Source of the DNA: Desulfatiglandales bacterium
GTDB taxonomy: Bacteria; Desulfobacterota; DSM-4660; Desulfatiglandales; HGW-15
NCBI GenBank assembly: GCA_963667015.2
Contig: CAXXJJ010000004.1
Location: 1,472,001-1,536,000, forward strand
Reading direction: 5' to 3'
DNA length: 64,000 nt
In this document: positions 10,708 through 21,120 of the stretch, in pieces
How positions within the stretch are numbered: the stretch's first letter is position 1
Layout of the letters: each line of letters starts with the position of its first letter
Program-made: the position numbers and the translations under genes
Notes under the pieces: generated by a model
Told to the model about the DNA's origin: nothing
Database searches by the model: none
The model's input: the letters and a program-made list of their open reading frames with translations, nothing else

Positions 10708-12078
10708 TCAGGCATTTGCCACTGCCCTTTTCTGTGAGTTTGCGGCCATTATTTCTGCCATGTTCTTATCAGTCAACCTGTAAAAAGCCATTAAAAGTAT
10801 AGCAATAACTCCGCAGCCTGCTGGTATATAACAGATGATATCCATAAGATTACCTGCCATCTCCGGAGTCATATCAGTATTTGGAACATATCCTATAATT
10901 TCCAGCCCGAATCCTACCACAACCCCTTGTAAAGCGATTGCTATCTTAATAGGCACGGTGAACATGGACATAATAAATGCGCTGGCATCTTTTCCTGATT
11001 TATAATAGCCGTATTCAGCAGCATCCATGTACATTGCCTGACGCATCGGGCCTGCTGTTCCCAGAAGGAGGCTTCCAAGACATATAAAACCTGTAAAATG
11101 ATAAACGCTTAATGTCCCGTATCCGCGAAGTAATAAATATGACATGGCTCCCCAGGCTGTTGCAATGAGGTATGTTTTTTTCTTTCCAAGAAATTTTATT
11201 ACCACCGGCGCATACAATGCAGTGATAAAACTGAGAATGCCTGTTGCAAGCGTGTGATTTGCCATCCATGGTTCATTATTGGCTATGTATTTTAAGAAAT
11301 AGATTGCCATACCCATAATACTGAACAATCCCAGCTGAGCCATTACATCCGCAGACATCAGAAGCAGAAGCTGCCTGTTTACAAGAACCTGTTTCACCAT
11401 TTCCCATATTGTAATTTTATTGGTCAATTCGAGTTTTTTTGACGGATCGTATTTTTCATATTCCCGTGTCTGATAAAAAAGGTTCCAGTAACCAAAAATC
11501 TGAATGGCCGAAAGGAGCGCAACAGTGTAAAAATAAGCCCATGTTGCATCCTGAACGATTTTTAAATGTTCAAGCAGTCTTACTATTACCTGGCTGAATA
11601 CAATCGTGCTTGCCATTCCGAACTGGATATTTCTTACAGATAACCGCAGCCTCTCCTGTATATCCTTTGTCAGTACCGAAATAAAACCTATATGGGAATT
11701 AAATGCAAAATTAAGACTGACATGGCCAATAATATAGGCAAGGGTCAGGTAGACAATTTTCAGATTGTAACTCAGTGGCAGGTTGGCAAATGAAAGTGTA
11801 AAAAATATGCATGTTGTTAAGGGAATAAACAGGAACCATGACCTGAACTGTCCCCACCGCATCTGGGTCTTTTGAATTATACTGCCCGAGGCAAAGATCG
11901 AAAGGGTATCTATTGCTCCTCCAATCCCTATGATAAGGCTTATATGAATCGGAGATATCAGTGCAACATCTGTAAGGAATATCGAATAATACATCGTCCC
12001 TATATTCAACATCAGTGAGAGAGAAAAATTTGCCAGGCCGTAGCTGTTGACAACTAATCCGGGTAGTCTTTTTTCCAC
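10708..12078 (-). CDS. MFS/GPH (MelB-like) sugar-glycoside:cation symporter
   Basis: About 12 TM helices; WGQFRSW; MYMDAAEYGYYKSG; paralog of 39607-40971. Confidence 0.85.
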   Translation of the reverse strand: MEKRLPGLVVNSYGLANFSLSLMLNIGTMYYSIFLTDVALISPIHISLIIGIGGAIDTLSIFASGSIIQKTQMRWGQFRSWFLFIPLTTCIFFTLSFANLPLSYNLKIVYLTLAYIIGHVSLNFAFNSHIGFISVLTKDIQERLRLSVRNIQFGMASTIVFSQVIVRLLEHLKIVQDATWAYFYTVALLSAIQIFGYWNLFYQTREYEKYDPSKKLELTNKITIWEMVKQVLVNRQLLLLMSADVMAQLGLFSIMGMAIYFLKYIANNEPWMANHTLATGILSFITALYAPVVIKFLGKKKTYLIATAWGAMSYLLLRGYGTLSVYHFTGFICLGSLLLGTAGPMRQAMYMDAAEYGYYKSGKDASAFIMSMFTVPIKIAIALQGVVVGFGLEIIGYVPNTDMTPEMAGNLMDIICYIPAGCGVIAILLMAFYRLTDKNMAEIMAANSQKRAVANA

Positions 12079-12518
12079 GTAGAAATTCTCCTTTTAACAA
12101 GATATCAACACGTTGTTCTTATCAGCTTCCACAGAAACACACATTCAACACAAGATCAGTGAATTTTAAAAAATTGGACGTAATTGATTAGCATTTAGAT
12201 AGAAAGAAAGCAATAAAAGTATTACCCGGTGCTGACAGATCCGGCCAGGAACGCCCTCCTCCTGCATAGAGACTGCCTAAAGTAAAATCTTCCAGATATT
12301 AATACTTCGCGGTCAGGACTGATCCGACCTTCTGTTGCAATATGGACGGCTCAATGAAAAACCATTTTTTCCATGACAAATACAAATCTGACGAGTCAAA
12401 ATCTTTGAAAAAATGTGATGGGTTTAATCGAGTAATAGATGAGGATTATGAATGCGTTTACTTTTTTACCAATAAAACGTGGGAGAACTGCAGGTTTGAC
12501 CCGGATCGAAATTACAGC

Positions 12519-12854
12519 TTAGAAACTTATTGAATTATTTGACTTCGCAGGCTTTTTCTTTTTTGATTTTTCTTCTTTTACTGACAGGATCTTTTCCTGT
12601 TCTGTCATGTTTAATTGTACCACTTTATCCATGTAACCTTGTGCTTCTTTACGGGCAAAATCACTCAATTTTTGCTTGTCCTTCAGCAACTCCTGAACTA
12701 TCTCTTCATCAATAGACATGCCCCTGAGAAAACCATTAGTGAATGCCAGTTCAATTACATCATACTGAAACTTGGATAGTTCGCCTGAAATATTACCAGG
12801 AAATATAATCGCAAATAAACAGATGAAAAATAATGTCAATTTTAGATTATTCAT
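12519..12854 (-). CDS. Hypothetical secreted protein downstream of the c-di-GMP-I riboswitch
   Basis: Signal-peptide-like N-terminus; GAGGTAAGG RBS. Confidence 0.65.
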   Translation of the reverse strand: MNNLKLTLFFICLFAIIFPGNISGELSKFQYDVIELAFTNGFLRGMSIDEEIVQELLKDKQKLSDFARKEAQGYMDKVVQLNMTEQEKILSVKEEKSKKKKPAKSNNSISF

Positions 12855-12937
12855 ATCAACCTTACCTCACTCAAGCAGACCAACAAAGTAAAATCATTCC
12901 ATACTGTTGTCCTTTTGCATTCATTAATCCTCTCAAT

Positions 12938-12975
12938 CAAACAAAAACCCGCCTCCATACGTAGAGAGCGGGTTT
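12938..12975 (-). terminator. Intrinsic terminator, expression platform of the riboswitch
   Basis: Minus strand AAACCCGCTCTC-TACGTATG-GAGGCGGGTTTTTGTTT. Confidence 0.75.
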
Positions 12976-12986
12976 GCAGTATTTCA

Positions 12987-13078
12987 TTTTGCAACCCCGC
13001 TGCCTTATCTGTTATTAACAGACTTAGACCGGAAGCTTTGCGCCCTGTTCTTTCGAACAGTTTGCCCTTACGTAGTTA
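12987..13078 (-). ncRNA. Cyclic di-GMP-I (GEMM) riboswitch
   Basis: Minus strand AAGGGCAAAC-TGTTC-GAAA-GAACA-GGGCGCAAAGCTTCCGGTCTAAG...AAGGCAGCGGGGTTGC matches the GEMM-I architecture. Confidence 0.9.
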
Positions 13079-13128
13079 TGTAGTTATACTATATACATAT
13101 ATATTATCGGTAACTTATAAAGGTATCT

Positions 13129-13385
13129 TTAAATATTTATCAGTAAAGGTTTTAGAGCGATTATAATAAGCCATCCCATGACAAGATATAAAACTGTTAT
13201 GAATTTACTTTTCTTTTCACCGCCAAAACACTGAAAAACTATCCCTACGAAAGACAATCCCAAGCAGTGTTCAGCCCGGAGCTCCTTTAACAAAGCTAAG
13301 TGTGAATGGCGTATATGTTCCTGCAATCAAAAGAAAAATAACGATGTGATCGAGAATTTGAAAGACATCTTTAGCCCTGTTTCTT
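13129..13385 (-). pseudogene. Hemolysin III (PAQR/YqfA) family remnant
   Basis: KDVFQILDHIVIFLLIAGTYTPFTL in one frame and LYLVMGWLIIIALKPL in another; both ends missing. Confidence 0.75.
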
Positions 13386-13759
13386 CAACATTAACGTAGC
13401 TGTATTATTTACAAAGAATTTCATTATTCAAAAAATCGATATCAAATTCAAATCGAAAACAACCCTGAATCTCAGAAATAGTATCAGGAATAGCCAACTA
13501 ACATGATCATTCCGCAGGACATGGATTTTGATTAAAACTAAATTTAGCATCTTCTTATGAATATGGAAATACTCAGAAAATATCATATTTTATGTAAATA
13601 TATTTAACAGGGTATTAAAGGATGAATCTCTTTTGTCCGAATTATAGTTTAGAAACAATAGACAGTATCCTGATATACAGATAGGACAGGAAAGAAACGA
13701 GTCATTTAATAAGGATTGTTATTGATCATATTTCCAACAGTCCTTTTAGAAAGAAAAAG

Positions 13760-14221
13760 ATGTTAAAGCCTTATGTAGAGAAACTTGGAATTATTTATTC
13801 ATCATTATTGACCACCGGAATATCAACAATTATCTCGGTATGTATCACTGCATCAATTATGATCTGGTTGAAAATACCTTATCCTATTTTTACAAATGTA
13901 ATAATTATAGCCATCATCTGCCCATTAGTTATTGCAAGCCCCCTTTCATATTTCTGGTTTAAATTATTTGAAAGATCCAATAATGACAGGTTAAAGCTGG
14001 AAATATTAAATCAGAGACTTGAACAGACCTTAAAAGAAGTAAAAGAACTGAGCGGGTTGTTACCCATATGTGCTTCATGTAAAAAAATACGTGATGATAA
14101 AGGGTACTGGAATCAGTTGGAATCTTATATAAAAATACACTCAAAAGCAGATTTCAGCCATAGTATCTGTCCGGAGTGTGCCAATAAATTATACTCGGAA
14201 TTCCTCCCCAAAAAAGAATAA
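13760..14221 (+). CDS. Membrane protein with C-terminal LLPICxxCKKIRDD...SHxICPxC Zn-binding domain
   Basis: Two TM helices, a coiled coil and a Cys-rich C-terminal domain common in deltaproteobacterial sensor proteins. Confidence 0.8.
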   Translation: MLKPYVEKLGIIYSSLLTTGISTIISVCITASIMIWLKIPYPIFTNVIIIAIICPLVIASPLSYFWFKLFERSNNDRLKLEILNQRLEQTLKEVKELSGLLPICASCKKIRDDKGYWNQLESYIKIHSKADFSHSICPECANKLYSEFLPKKE

Positions 14222-14566
14222 ACATCAGTTATCCTTACTTTCTGTTTACGCCCCTTCACTAGTATAAAAATCCTGACAGGTATTTTCCCCTGGTTACATC
14301 CCGGATTTAATCAGCCTGAATAATGAACTACGCCGTCACATGCGATGAGGCATTAAACCTTGGTTTGTAATAAAGCAATATCTTGCACAGATAATCTTTA
14401 AAACCGCAAAATATGGATAAAAATATTGACATACGTCTATATATATGTTTAACTATATATAATTTGATATAAAATTCTTTAATATTATAACAAATTATAA
14501 ATTTACTTCATATTTTTATGTTATTAACCATATTTTTAATATCAGGTATTTTAGAGAGGAAAAGAT

Positions 14567-14779
14567 ATGCAACAGGTATTTGATTCTAATAAGCTGACAG
14601 ATATGGAGATTGCGCTGAGTTTAATGCGATTGATGGATGACCCTGAAATAAACAAGGTCCAGAGAACTTCAAATATCAAAGATATTTGCACCCAGATGGT
14701 TGAAAGAGCAGTTGAAACATTTACAAACCCCTTTGCCAAAAATTTACTCATGTCTAAATTAGCTGAACAGGGTCAATAA
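14567..14779 (+). CDS. Small hypothetical protein
   Basis: GAGG RBS; downstream hairpin near 14842-14873. Confidence 0.6.
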   Translation: MQQVFDSNKLTDMEIALSLMRLMDDPEINKVQRTSNIKDICTQMVERAVETFTNPFAKNLLMSKLAEQGQ

Positions 14780-15236
14780 TAAAAACATTTCCACTTAATT
14801 CAGGTTACACATCCAAGAATCTGATTTTAAAATCGAAAAGATATCTACAGGGAGTATATATCCCTGTAGATATTCTGATCTATCATACCTGTCGAAAACA
14901 ACACCTCACAGATTTTATTCTTTCATCTTTTCAGTTTATTTGAGTTTCAGGCAGACTACACTTCCCTCCGCATCCCTGGCATAGAGATAATCTCCAACCA
15001 TAACGGGTAAGGCCCAGCATAGCCCGTCAAGAATCTTTTTTCGGTAAACCTCCCTGTAAATCAAGTTTATGCAGCTCCGAATGTTAATTGTTCATTCATG
15101 GCAAATTATCGATCGGTTATTATTATCTTGAATTGAAATTATACTCATTAAGGCTTATAAAAGAACCATCGAATAAATCCCTAAACTATACTCAGAAGAT
15201 TCAATAATTCTATTTAATCTAAAAGGAGGCTTTCAT

Positions 15237-16877
15237 ATGAGAGTTAAATATTCACGCTGTTTTACATTGTTACTAATACTGACCCTCTTCACCTTTGCCT
15301 GTGATTCTTCATCTCAAAAAACAGAGGTTAAGGAGAGCACTGCACCCTTAGCAGAGGCAGAATCGGTTGAAGCCCCTGATCTGGCAGCAAGGGTTGAAGT
15401 AACCGGAGGTACAATTGAAGGTATCGAGCAGGATGGAATTTTTATTTATAAAGGGATTCCATTTGCAGCACCGCCCGTCGGAGACCTGCGCTGGAAGGCT
15501 CCGGCTCCCGTACAGCCCTGGACAGGTATTAAAAAAACAGATACCTTCTGTGATGCCTGCATGCAGGCTGCCAACGCCATGGGAAATACCGCGCCGGTCA
15601 GTGAAGACTGCCTGTACCTGAACGTATGGTCACCCGCTAAAAAGACAGACGAAAAACTTCCGGTAATCTACTGGGTTCATGGGGGCGGTTACAGCGGCGG
15701 CTCTACAAGCACCCCGATGTATGACGGAACAGGTTTTGCTAAAGAGGGCGTGGTTCTGGTCAGTGTTGCCTACAGGCTCGGAGCCTTTGGATATCTGGCA
15801 CACCCGGAGCTCAGCCGTGAAAGCGGTCACGGGTCCGGAGCATATGGAATACTCGACATGATCCAAGGACTGAAATGGACAAAGGAAAATATCGCCAGGT
15901 TCGGAGGTGATCCTTCCAATGTAACCATCTTTGGACATTCCGCAGGCGGTGCAGCCGTCAGTCTGCTGACCGTAACACCGCTCACGAAAGATCTATTAAA
16001 CAGGACAATCTGCATGAGCGGAGGCTCATTCACTCCTCTTCAGAAGTCAAAAAATGGTGGAGCCGGACTTGGGATACCTGCCCTGGAGCTTGCGGAACAG
16101 AATGGTGAAGAATTTTTAAAGCAGCTGGGTGTTGCTGACATCGCCGCTGCACGTGCATTAAGCGCAGAGGATATCCAGAACAAACTTACCGGCGGAATGG
16201 GTGGCATGCGATTCCGGCCTGCTGCTGACGGGTATGTTATTTCCAACGACCTTTACTCATTATATCAGTCTGGTAGCTTTAATTATGTCCCCATTTTGCT
16301 GGGGCACACCTCGGATGAGGCTGCAGCCTTCGGAGGAAATCAGAATATAACCCCCGAGGCATTTGAAAATCAGGTAAAGGCCCAGTATGGGACTTTTGCG
16401 GAAAATATCCTCAGCGCATACCCGCATTCAACGGATGCAGAAGCAGCAAAAGCGTCAAAGGACCTCAGAAATGACAGCTCATTCTCCTGGAATACCTGGA
16501 CCTGGTCTAGACTCCAGGCACAGAAAGGAACAGCAAAGGCCTTCCAGTACTACTTTGATTATCATCCAGGTAATCCGGAGGCCGGTTCAGGCCACGGCAG
16601 TGATGTTCCCTATGCATTTCAGACACTGGGCGGACCCGAAGCACCGGCAGCGGAAGACCTGAAACTATCCGAAATGATAAGCACTTACTGGGTCAACTTT
16701 GCAAAAACCGGTGACCCGAATGGTCCCGGACTTCCGGAATGGCCGGCTTTTACAGAGGAAGATCAAAAGGTGATGACTTTTGATACCGAGCCTGGCGCAC
16801 GGCCCCTGCCCGCCCTGGAAAGGCTAAAGGTAATCGATGCCTATTTCTCATCGCTGAGAGAAATGAGAAGAAGATAA
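15237..16877 (+). CDS. Type-B carboxylesterase/lipase, lipoprotein
   Basis: Lipobox TFAC; GIPFAAPPVGDLRW, SEDCLYLNVW, HGGG, GHSAG, catalytic E and H (HGSD). Confidence 0.93.
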   Translation: MRVKYSRCFTLLLILTLFTFACDSSSQKTEVKESTAPLAEAESVEAPDLAARVEVTGGTIEGIEQDGIFIYKGIPFAAPPVGDLRWKAPAPVQPWTGIKKTDTFCDACMQAANAMGNTAPVSEDCLYLNVWSPAKKTDEKLPVIYWVHGGGYSGGSTSTPMYDGTGFAKEGVVLVSVAYRLGAFGYLAHPELSRESGHGSGAYGILDMIQGLKWTKENIARFGGDPSNVTIFGHSAGGAAVSLLTVTPLTKDLLNRTICMSGGSFTPLQKSKNGGAGLGIPALELAEQNGEEFLKQLGVADIAAARALSAEDIQNKLTGGMGGMRFRPAADGYVISNDLYSLYQSGSFNYVPILLGHTSDEAAAFGGNQNITPEAFENQVKAQYGTFAENILSAYPHSTDAEAAKASKDLRNDSSFSWNTWTWSRLQAQKGTAKAFQYYFDYHPGNPEAGSGHGSDVPYAFQTLGGPEAPAAEDLKLSEMISTYWVNFAKTGDPNGPGLPEWPAFTEEDQKVMTFDTEPGARPLPALERLKVIDAYFSSLREMRRR

Positions 16878-16880
16878 GAT

Positions 16881-17281
16881 ATGAAGGTAATGGCTTTTAA
16901 CGGCAGTCCCAGAAAAAAGGACTGGAATACTGTAATATTATTAAAGAACGCCCTGAAGGGGGCTTCATCCAGAGGTGCGAAAACAGAACTTATCCACCTT
17001 TACGACCTGAAATATTCCGGATGCATAAAAAAATGAATGTTACCGATGAGATGGCAGAGGCTGCGGGATATAATAAGCATTTTGCCATGACTAAATGGGC
17101 ACTTGAAACTACCTTTGGAGAGTGCGAATTGATGCTTTGCACAGACACACTGCAGTATGATGATTATGACAGATATGACTCTGAGGCATTTGACGGGAAG
17201 GCAAAACTAAAACGTCACAAAGAGGTTTTTCCTGAGGACTGCAAACGAGCTTTTGAATTGGGTGTTCGACTGACATCATGA
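16881..17281 (+). pseudogene. Flavodoxin/NADPH-dependent FMN reductase family remnant
   Basis: MKVMAFNGSPRKKDWNT...LYDLKYSGC joined out of frame to the C-terminal DTLQYDDY...FPEDCKRAFELG; middle deleted. Confidence 0.8.
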
Positions 17282-17417
17282 AGGATACAGGAATAAATAT
17301 AACGCTCTAAAGATAAAAAAAGAAGTAGCAATTTTAAGTGAATTAATTTAAAAGAATTATATATAATTTTAGTACGTTTTCTTTTAACTTTCACATGATA
17401 ATCGTTTTAATAACAGA

Positions 17418-18317
17418 ATGATGGAAGAATTAACCGAAGAAAAAAAACTGAAGATTAAACAGATTCAGACCTATATTGCCAAGATGCCAAGTCTTTCAAC
17501 AACTGTAACAAAGGTTCTTGAGATATGTAATAATCCTAATACCTCTCCCGGCGATCTAAACAAGGTAATCTCCCTTGATCCGGTTCTTACAGGTAAGGTC
17601 CTCAAACTCATTAATTCAGCCTATTATTCACTGCCTAACCAGGTAGCATCACTTACCCGGGCCATTATTATGCTGGGACTGAACACAGTTAAAAACCTTG
17701 CTCTCAGCACCGCTATCCTGGAAAATCTGGCGAGTTCCGGACTCTCAAAAGGGCTTTCCATGGATGATTTCTGGACCCATTCCATTTGTGTCGGGGTTAC
17801 AGCCAAGTCCATTGCATCAGCAATTGGGATACCGGTAACTCTAAGGGATGAATATTTTTTAACAGGGCTCCTCCATGACCTGGGAAAAATCCCTTTAAAC
17901 AATCGATTTCCTGAAATTTACATAAAGTCTCTTGAATTCACATCCAACAAACAGCTGCCTTTGCACAGGACAGAAGAGATAGTCCTGGGTATTAATCACA
18001 TGGAAGTTGGTCAAATGATTGCTGAAAAATGGCAGCTGAACGATTCAATGAAAGAAAGTCTTTATTATCACCACAATCCGGAGGAAGCCAAAGAAGAAAA
18101 CCATATCATGGTTTCAACCATTGCACTTGCAAACGCCTGTGCAAATAAATTCGAAACCGGATCAGCAGGGGACACAGCCCCAAAGGATCAAATGATTATA
18201 AAACTTCTTAAGCTTGTTGGCCTGGAATGGAAGACTATCAAGGATATCCAGGAAACAGTATTGATTGAGATAGATAAGGCAAGAGTATTTTTACAGCTAA
18301 CCAAGAAAGAAGAGTAA
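17418..18317 (+). CDS. HDOD domain protein
   Basis: MPSLS, DPVLTGKVLKLINSAYY, FWTHS, GLLHDLGK, YHH. Confidence 0.92.
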   Translation: MMEELTEEKKLKIKQIQTYIAKMPSLSTTVTKVLEICNNPNTSPGDLNKVISLDPVLTGKVLKLINSAYYSLPNQVASLTRAIIMLGLNTVKNLALSTAILENLASSGLSKGLSMDDFWTHSICVGVTAKSIASAIGIPVTLRDEYFLTGLLHDLGKIPLNNRFPEIYIKSLEFTSNKQLPLHRTEEIVLGINHMEVGQMIAEKWQLNDSMKESLYYHHNPEEAKEENHIMVSTIALANACANKFETGSAGDTAPKDQMIIKLLKLVGLEWKTIKDIQETVLIEIDKARVFLQLTKKEE

Positions 18318-18319
18318 AT

Positions 18320-19237
18320 ATGAAAATCAAATTCTGGGGAGTAAGGGGATCCATCCCGTGTCCGGGGCCAAGTACGGTAAAATATGGAGGAAACACCGCC
18401 TGTATAGAAGTATGGTTTGAGGACATTGAGAGACTCATTATTATAGACGCCGGTTCCGGTATTAGAGAACTGGGAAATGATATGCTTAAACGGGACATGA
18501 TGAAGAAAGGGATAAGAGCCGAAATCCTTCTGACTCATACCCACTGGGATCATATTATGGGGTTCCCATTCTTTACACCCATTTACATCCCGGGTGCAAA
18601 ACTGAGTGTATACGGGCCTGTTACATATGAAGATGAGACACTTGAGGAAACTGTAGGGGGACAGTTAACCTATCGTTATTTCCCTGTTCGGCAGGCAGAG
18701 CTCGCAGCCAAAATTGAATATATCAGTCTCAAGGAAGAAAAACTGGATCTCGGGGATGGGATAAAACTAACCACAAAGTACCTCAATCATCCGGTACTCT
18801 GCCTTGGATACCGCCTGGAATATAAGGGCAAGACACTTTGTACAGCCTATGATACAGAACCCTTTCAAAATGTATTCTGCAGTGACCCGGATGACCCCTC
18901 ATATGATGAGGGTATGTTCAGAGAGGGAGAAGAGGTTGCAAAAGAAGAAAATCAACGCCTCGGCAGCTTTTTCTCCAGATCGGATCTTCTTATATATGAT
19001 GCCCAGTACACCAGGGATGAGTATAGCCCTTCCAAGATCGGCTGGGGTCATACATCCATCGAACATGCAATAGAATTTTCTGAGGGATGCGGAGTAAAGA
19101 GGCTTGCGCTGTTCCATCATGAGCCCCTGAGATCGGATGAAGAGATAGACAAACTGACTGATAAATACTGTGGACCCAGAAAGGAATCCGGAATGGAAGT
19201 ATCATTTGCCCGGGAAGCTGAGGAAATAATCATATAG
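18320..19237 (+). CDS. MBL-fold metallo-hydrolase
   Basis: FWGVRGSIP, GGNTAC, THTHWDH, WGHTS, LFHHEP. Confidence 0.92.
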   Translation: MKIKFWGVRGSIPCPGPSTVKYGGNTACIEVWFEDIERLIIIDAGSGIRELGNDMLKRDMMKKGIRAEILLTHTHWDHIMGFPFFTPIYIPGAKLSVYGPVTYEDETLEETVGGQLTYRYFPVRQAELAAKIEYISLKEEKLDLGDGIKLTTKYLNHPVLCLGYRLEYKGKTLCTAYDTEPFQNVFCSDPDDPSYDEGMFREGEEVAKEENQRLGSFFSRSDLLIYDAQYTRDEYSPSKIGWGHTSIEHAIEFSEGCGVKRLALFHHEPLRSDEEIDKLTDKYCGPRKESGMEVSFAREAEEIII

Positions 19238-19241
19238 TCAC

Positions 19242-20030
19242 CTATAATGCAGGTATTATTTTTTTTATCACTTTTTCTGCAGATGCCTGCATATTATCCC
19301 GTTCATATTCCCTGGCCCGGTTAATATGTTTTTTCACCGAATCAATCATATCCATAATATGCCGGGCAGTATTAAAGCCGTAGCTGACATCATCCCAGAA
19401 GGAATAAAAATAATCCTTAAGGGATGTGCAACACAGGAAATACCTGTCAACAATATGCCTCTCCAGAGAAAAAGATGTATAAGGATGATTATTTACCGCA
19501 TTCCAGTATTTAGCTAACCTGATCAATGGTTTTATATTATTATGATTCATTTTATTCTTTTCCAGAAAGGTATTTTTCATACTTGCAGGATCAGTACTCA
19601 TCCAATCCGTCCAGCCTGATTTTGGTGAGGGAATTTTATATGCCCCCGAACTGCCTATTGCGGGTACCAGTTCAAAATTAATTCCATTAAGATATAACAG
19701 AATTTTTGAACTTGATTGCAGGATTTCCAGTGTAGAATACTCCATATTAACAAATCTGCGAAGTTGATCAATATATGTATAGGGATTTCCTTCATCGTCT
19801 GAAGAATTAAACACTATCATGTAATCAATATCAGAACGGGAGTCTACTTTTCCGGGCAGTATAGTTCCTCTTGTACTCGAGCCAAACTGAAAATGATTTA
19901 TTGCAGATTGACCAAAATAAGAATTAATCCTGATTTGCAGGGAGTTAATAGATCTGTTTATGCTGTTTTTTTCAGCATCGGAAAGGACCAGCTTGCTGCT
20001 AATCTGGGTCAAATATGAGTTAACCGACAT
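19242..20030 (-). CDS. SMODS-domain nucleotidyltransferase (CD-NTase-like)
   Basis: FGSSTRGT...SDIDYMIVF, FELVPA, TDP, KPLIRLAKYWN. Confidence 0.85.
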   Translation of the reverse strand: MSVNSYLTQISSKLVLSDAEKNSINRSINSLQIRINSYFGQSAINHFQFGSSTRGTILPGKVDSRSDIDYMIVFNSSDDEGNPYTYIDQLRRFVNMEYSTLEILQSSSKILLYLNGINFELVPAIGSSGAYKIPSPKSGWTDWMSTDPASMKNTFLEKNKMNHNNIKPLIRLAKYWNAVNNHPYTSFSLERHIVDRYFLCCTSLKDYFYSFWDDVSYGFNTARHIMDMIDSVKKHINRAREYERDNMQASAEKVIKKIIPAL

Positions 20031-20242
20031 TCTGCCTGCCCCTTTCTATTATCAAACAATAAAAGGATAAGTCTTTGGCTCTTGCCGTTTATTTAAAACA
20101 GTATAAAGCAATCCAGAGTATAAATGCAGATATCAAACAAGGGGATTCAGGGTCTGAATTATAATCAAAGGCAATTTAAGCAGGTCGCAACTTTAAAGAC
20201 AGTATTCCGGCTTTACTCTTCTCTTTTTTATAATCCGTTCAA

Positions 20243-20647
20243 TCAGAGACGGCACGGGGTTATTATTTTTTGTTCCTTTATTTCGTGAAGCCATTTTAAG
20301 GCTGTTTCTTCATTTCGAAATACACACAGTTGAATATACTCATTCTCAAGACGCATTTGAAGCTGGCGACAAAGTCCGAAGACCAGATCATGATAGGTTA
20401 CAAAAGCAATGGCCGCTTTTTTAAAACCTTTCAGTATCTTCTTCATGTTATTTGCCGAGGCTATAGATTCATCAGAGTCCTGCAATATTTCCATATACTG
20501 CTCATGAACAACCAGTTCATAAAATTCTCCATCACGTTCATAGCGGGGCATTTCATTCTGGAGAGCTATTAAATCATCAAGAGTAACCGTTCCGGTTAGT
20601 CTTGTGATCAATACACCATGAGAATCAACTATTCTGGAATGCGGCAT
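20243..20647 (-). CDS. Hypothetical protein (STAS/SEC14-like fold possible)
   Basis: AIAFVT...FGLCRQ...VFRNEETALKWL. Confidence 0.6.
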   Translation of the reverse strand: MPHSRIVDSHGVLITRLTGTVTLDDLIALQNEMPRYERDGEFYELVVHEQYMEILQDSDESIASANNMKKILKGFKKAAIAFVTYHDLVFGLCRQLQMRLENEYIQLCVFRNEETALKWLHEIKEQKIITPCRL

Positions 20648-21037
20648 AGTCTGTTCTCCATACCAGACAGTTAACTGGTAAAGAAGGATAATTATTGTTC
20701 AATAATTAAAGCCATTTTGACCGGTATTTATACCACATAATCAGAGCAAGCAAAATAAAAATCCACGAACAGGATTCAGAAATCCAGATTCCGGATTTAT
20801 CCTTTTAAATATTATTTAAGCATAGCACTATTCTGCCCCGAATCTAACCTTCTCTTCAGCCTGATTTACATGATCATACATTATACCTTAACCGGAACAG
20901 CGGCCATGGCTGCCAAGCATCCGGCTCTATAAAACAGCTCACAGGTCCAATCATGGTTACAATTTCCCGGCCGATTATAATAATCCTGTCCCGCCCTTCT
21001 CTTTTTCTGTATATTATCAGAAATTTTTTCTACAACA

Positions 21038-21064
21038 GGCAACCATTTTAGTTATTTCAGCGTC
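21038..21064 (+). promoter_or_regulatory. Putative ECF sigma promoter (autoregulatory)
   Basis: GGCAACC-N16-CGTC; same motif at 22397-22423. Confidence 0.7.
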
Positions 21065-21120
21065 ATTAGTTAAACAGACAAATAAACCTTTTAACACAAT
21101 TTGAGATTAGCAGAGGAAAA

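Noticed and set aside
17021..17036. TGA after SGCIKK in the flavodoxin-family remnant as Sec
   Set aside because: The downstream homologous part is in a different frame and the middle of the protein is missing, so this is a deletion junction.
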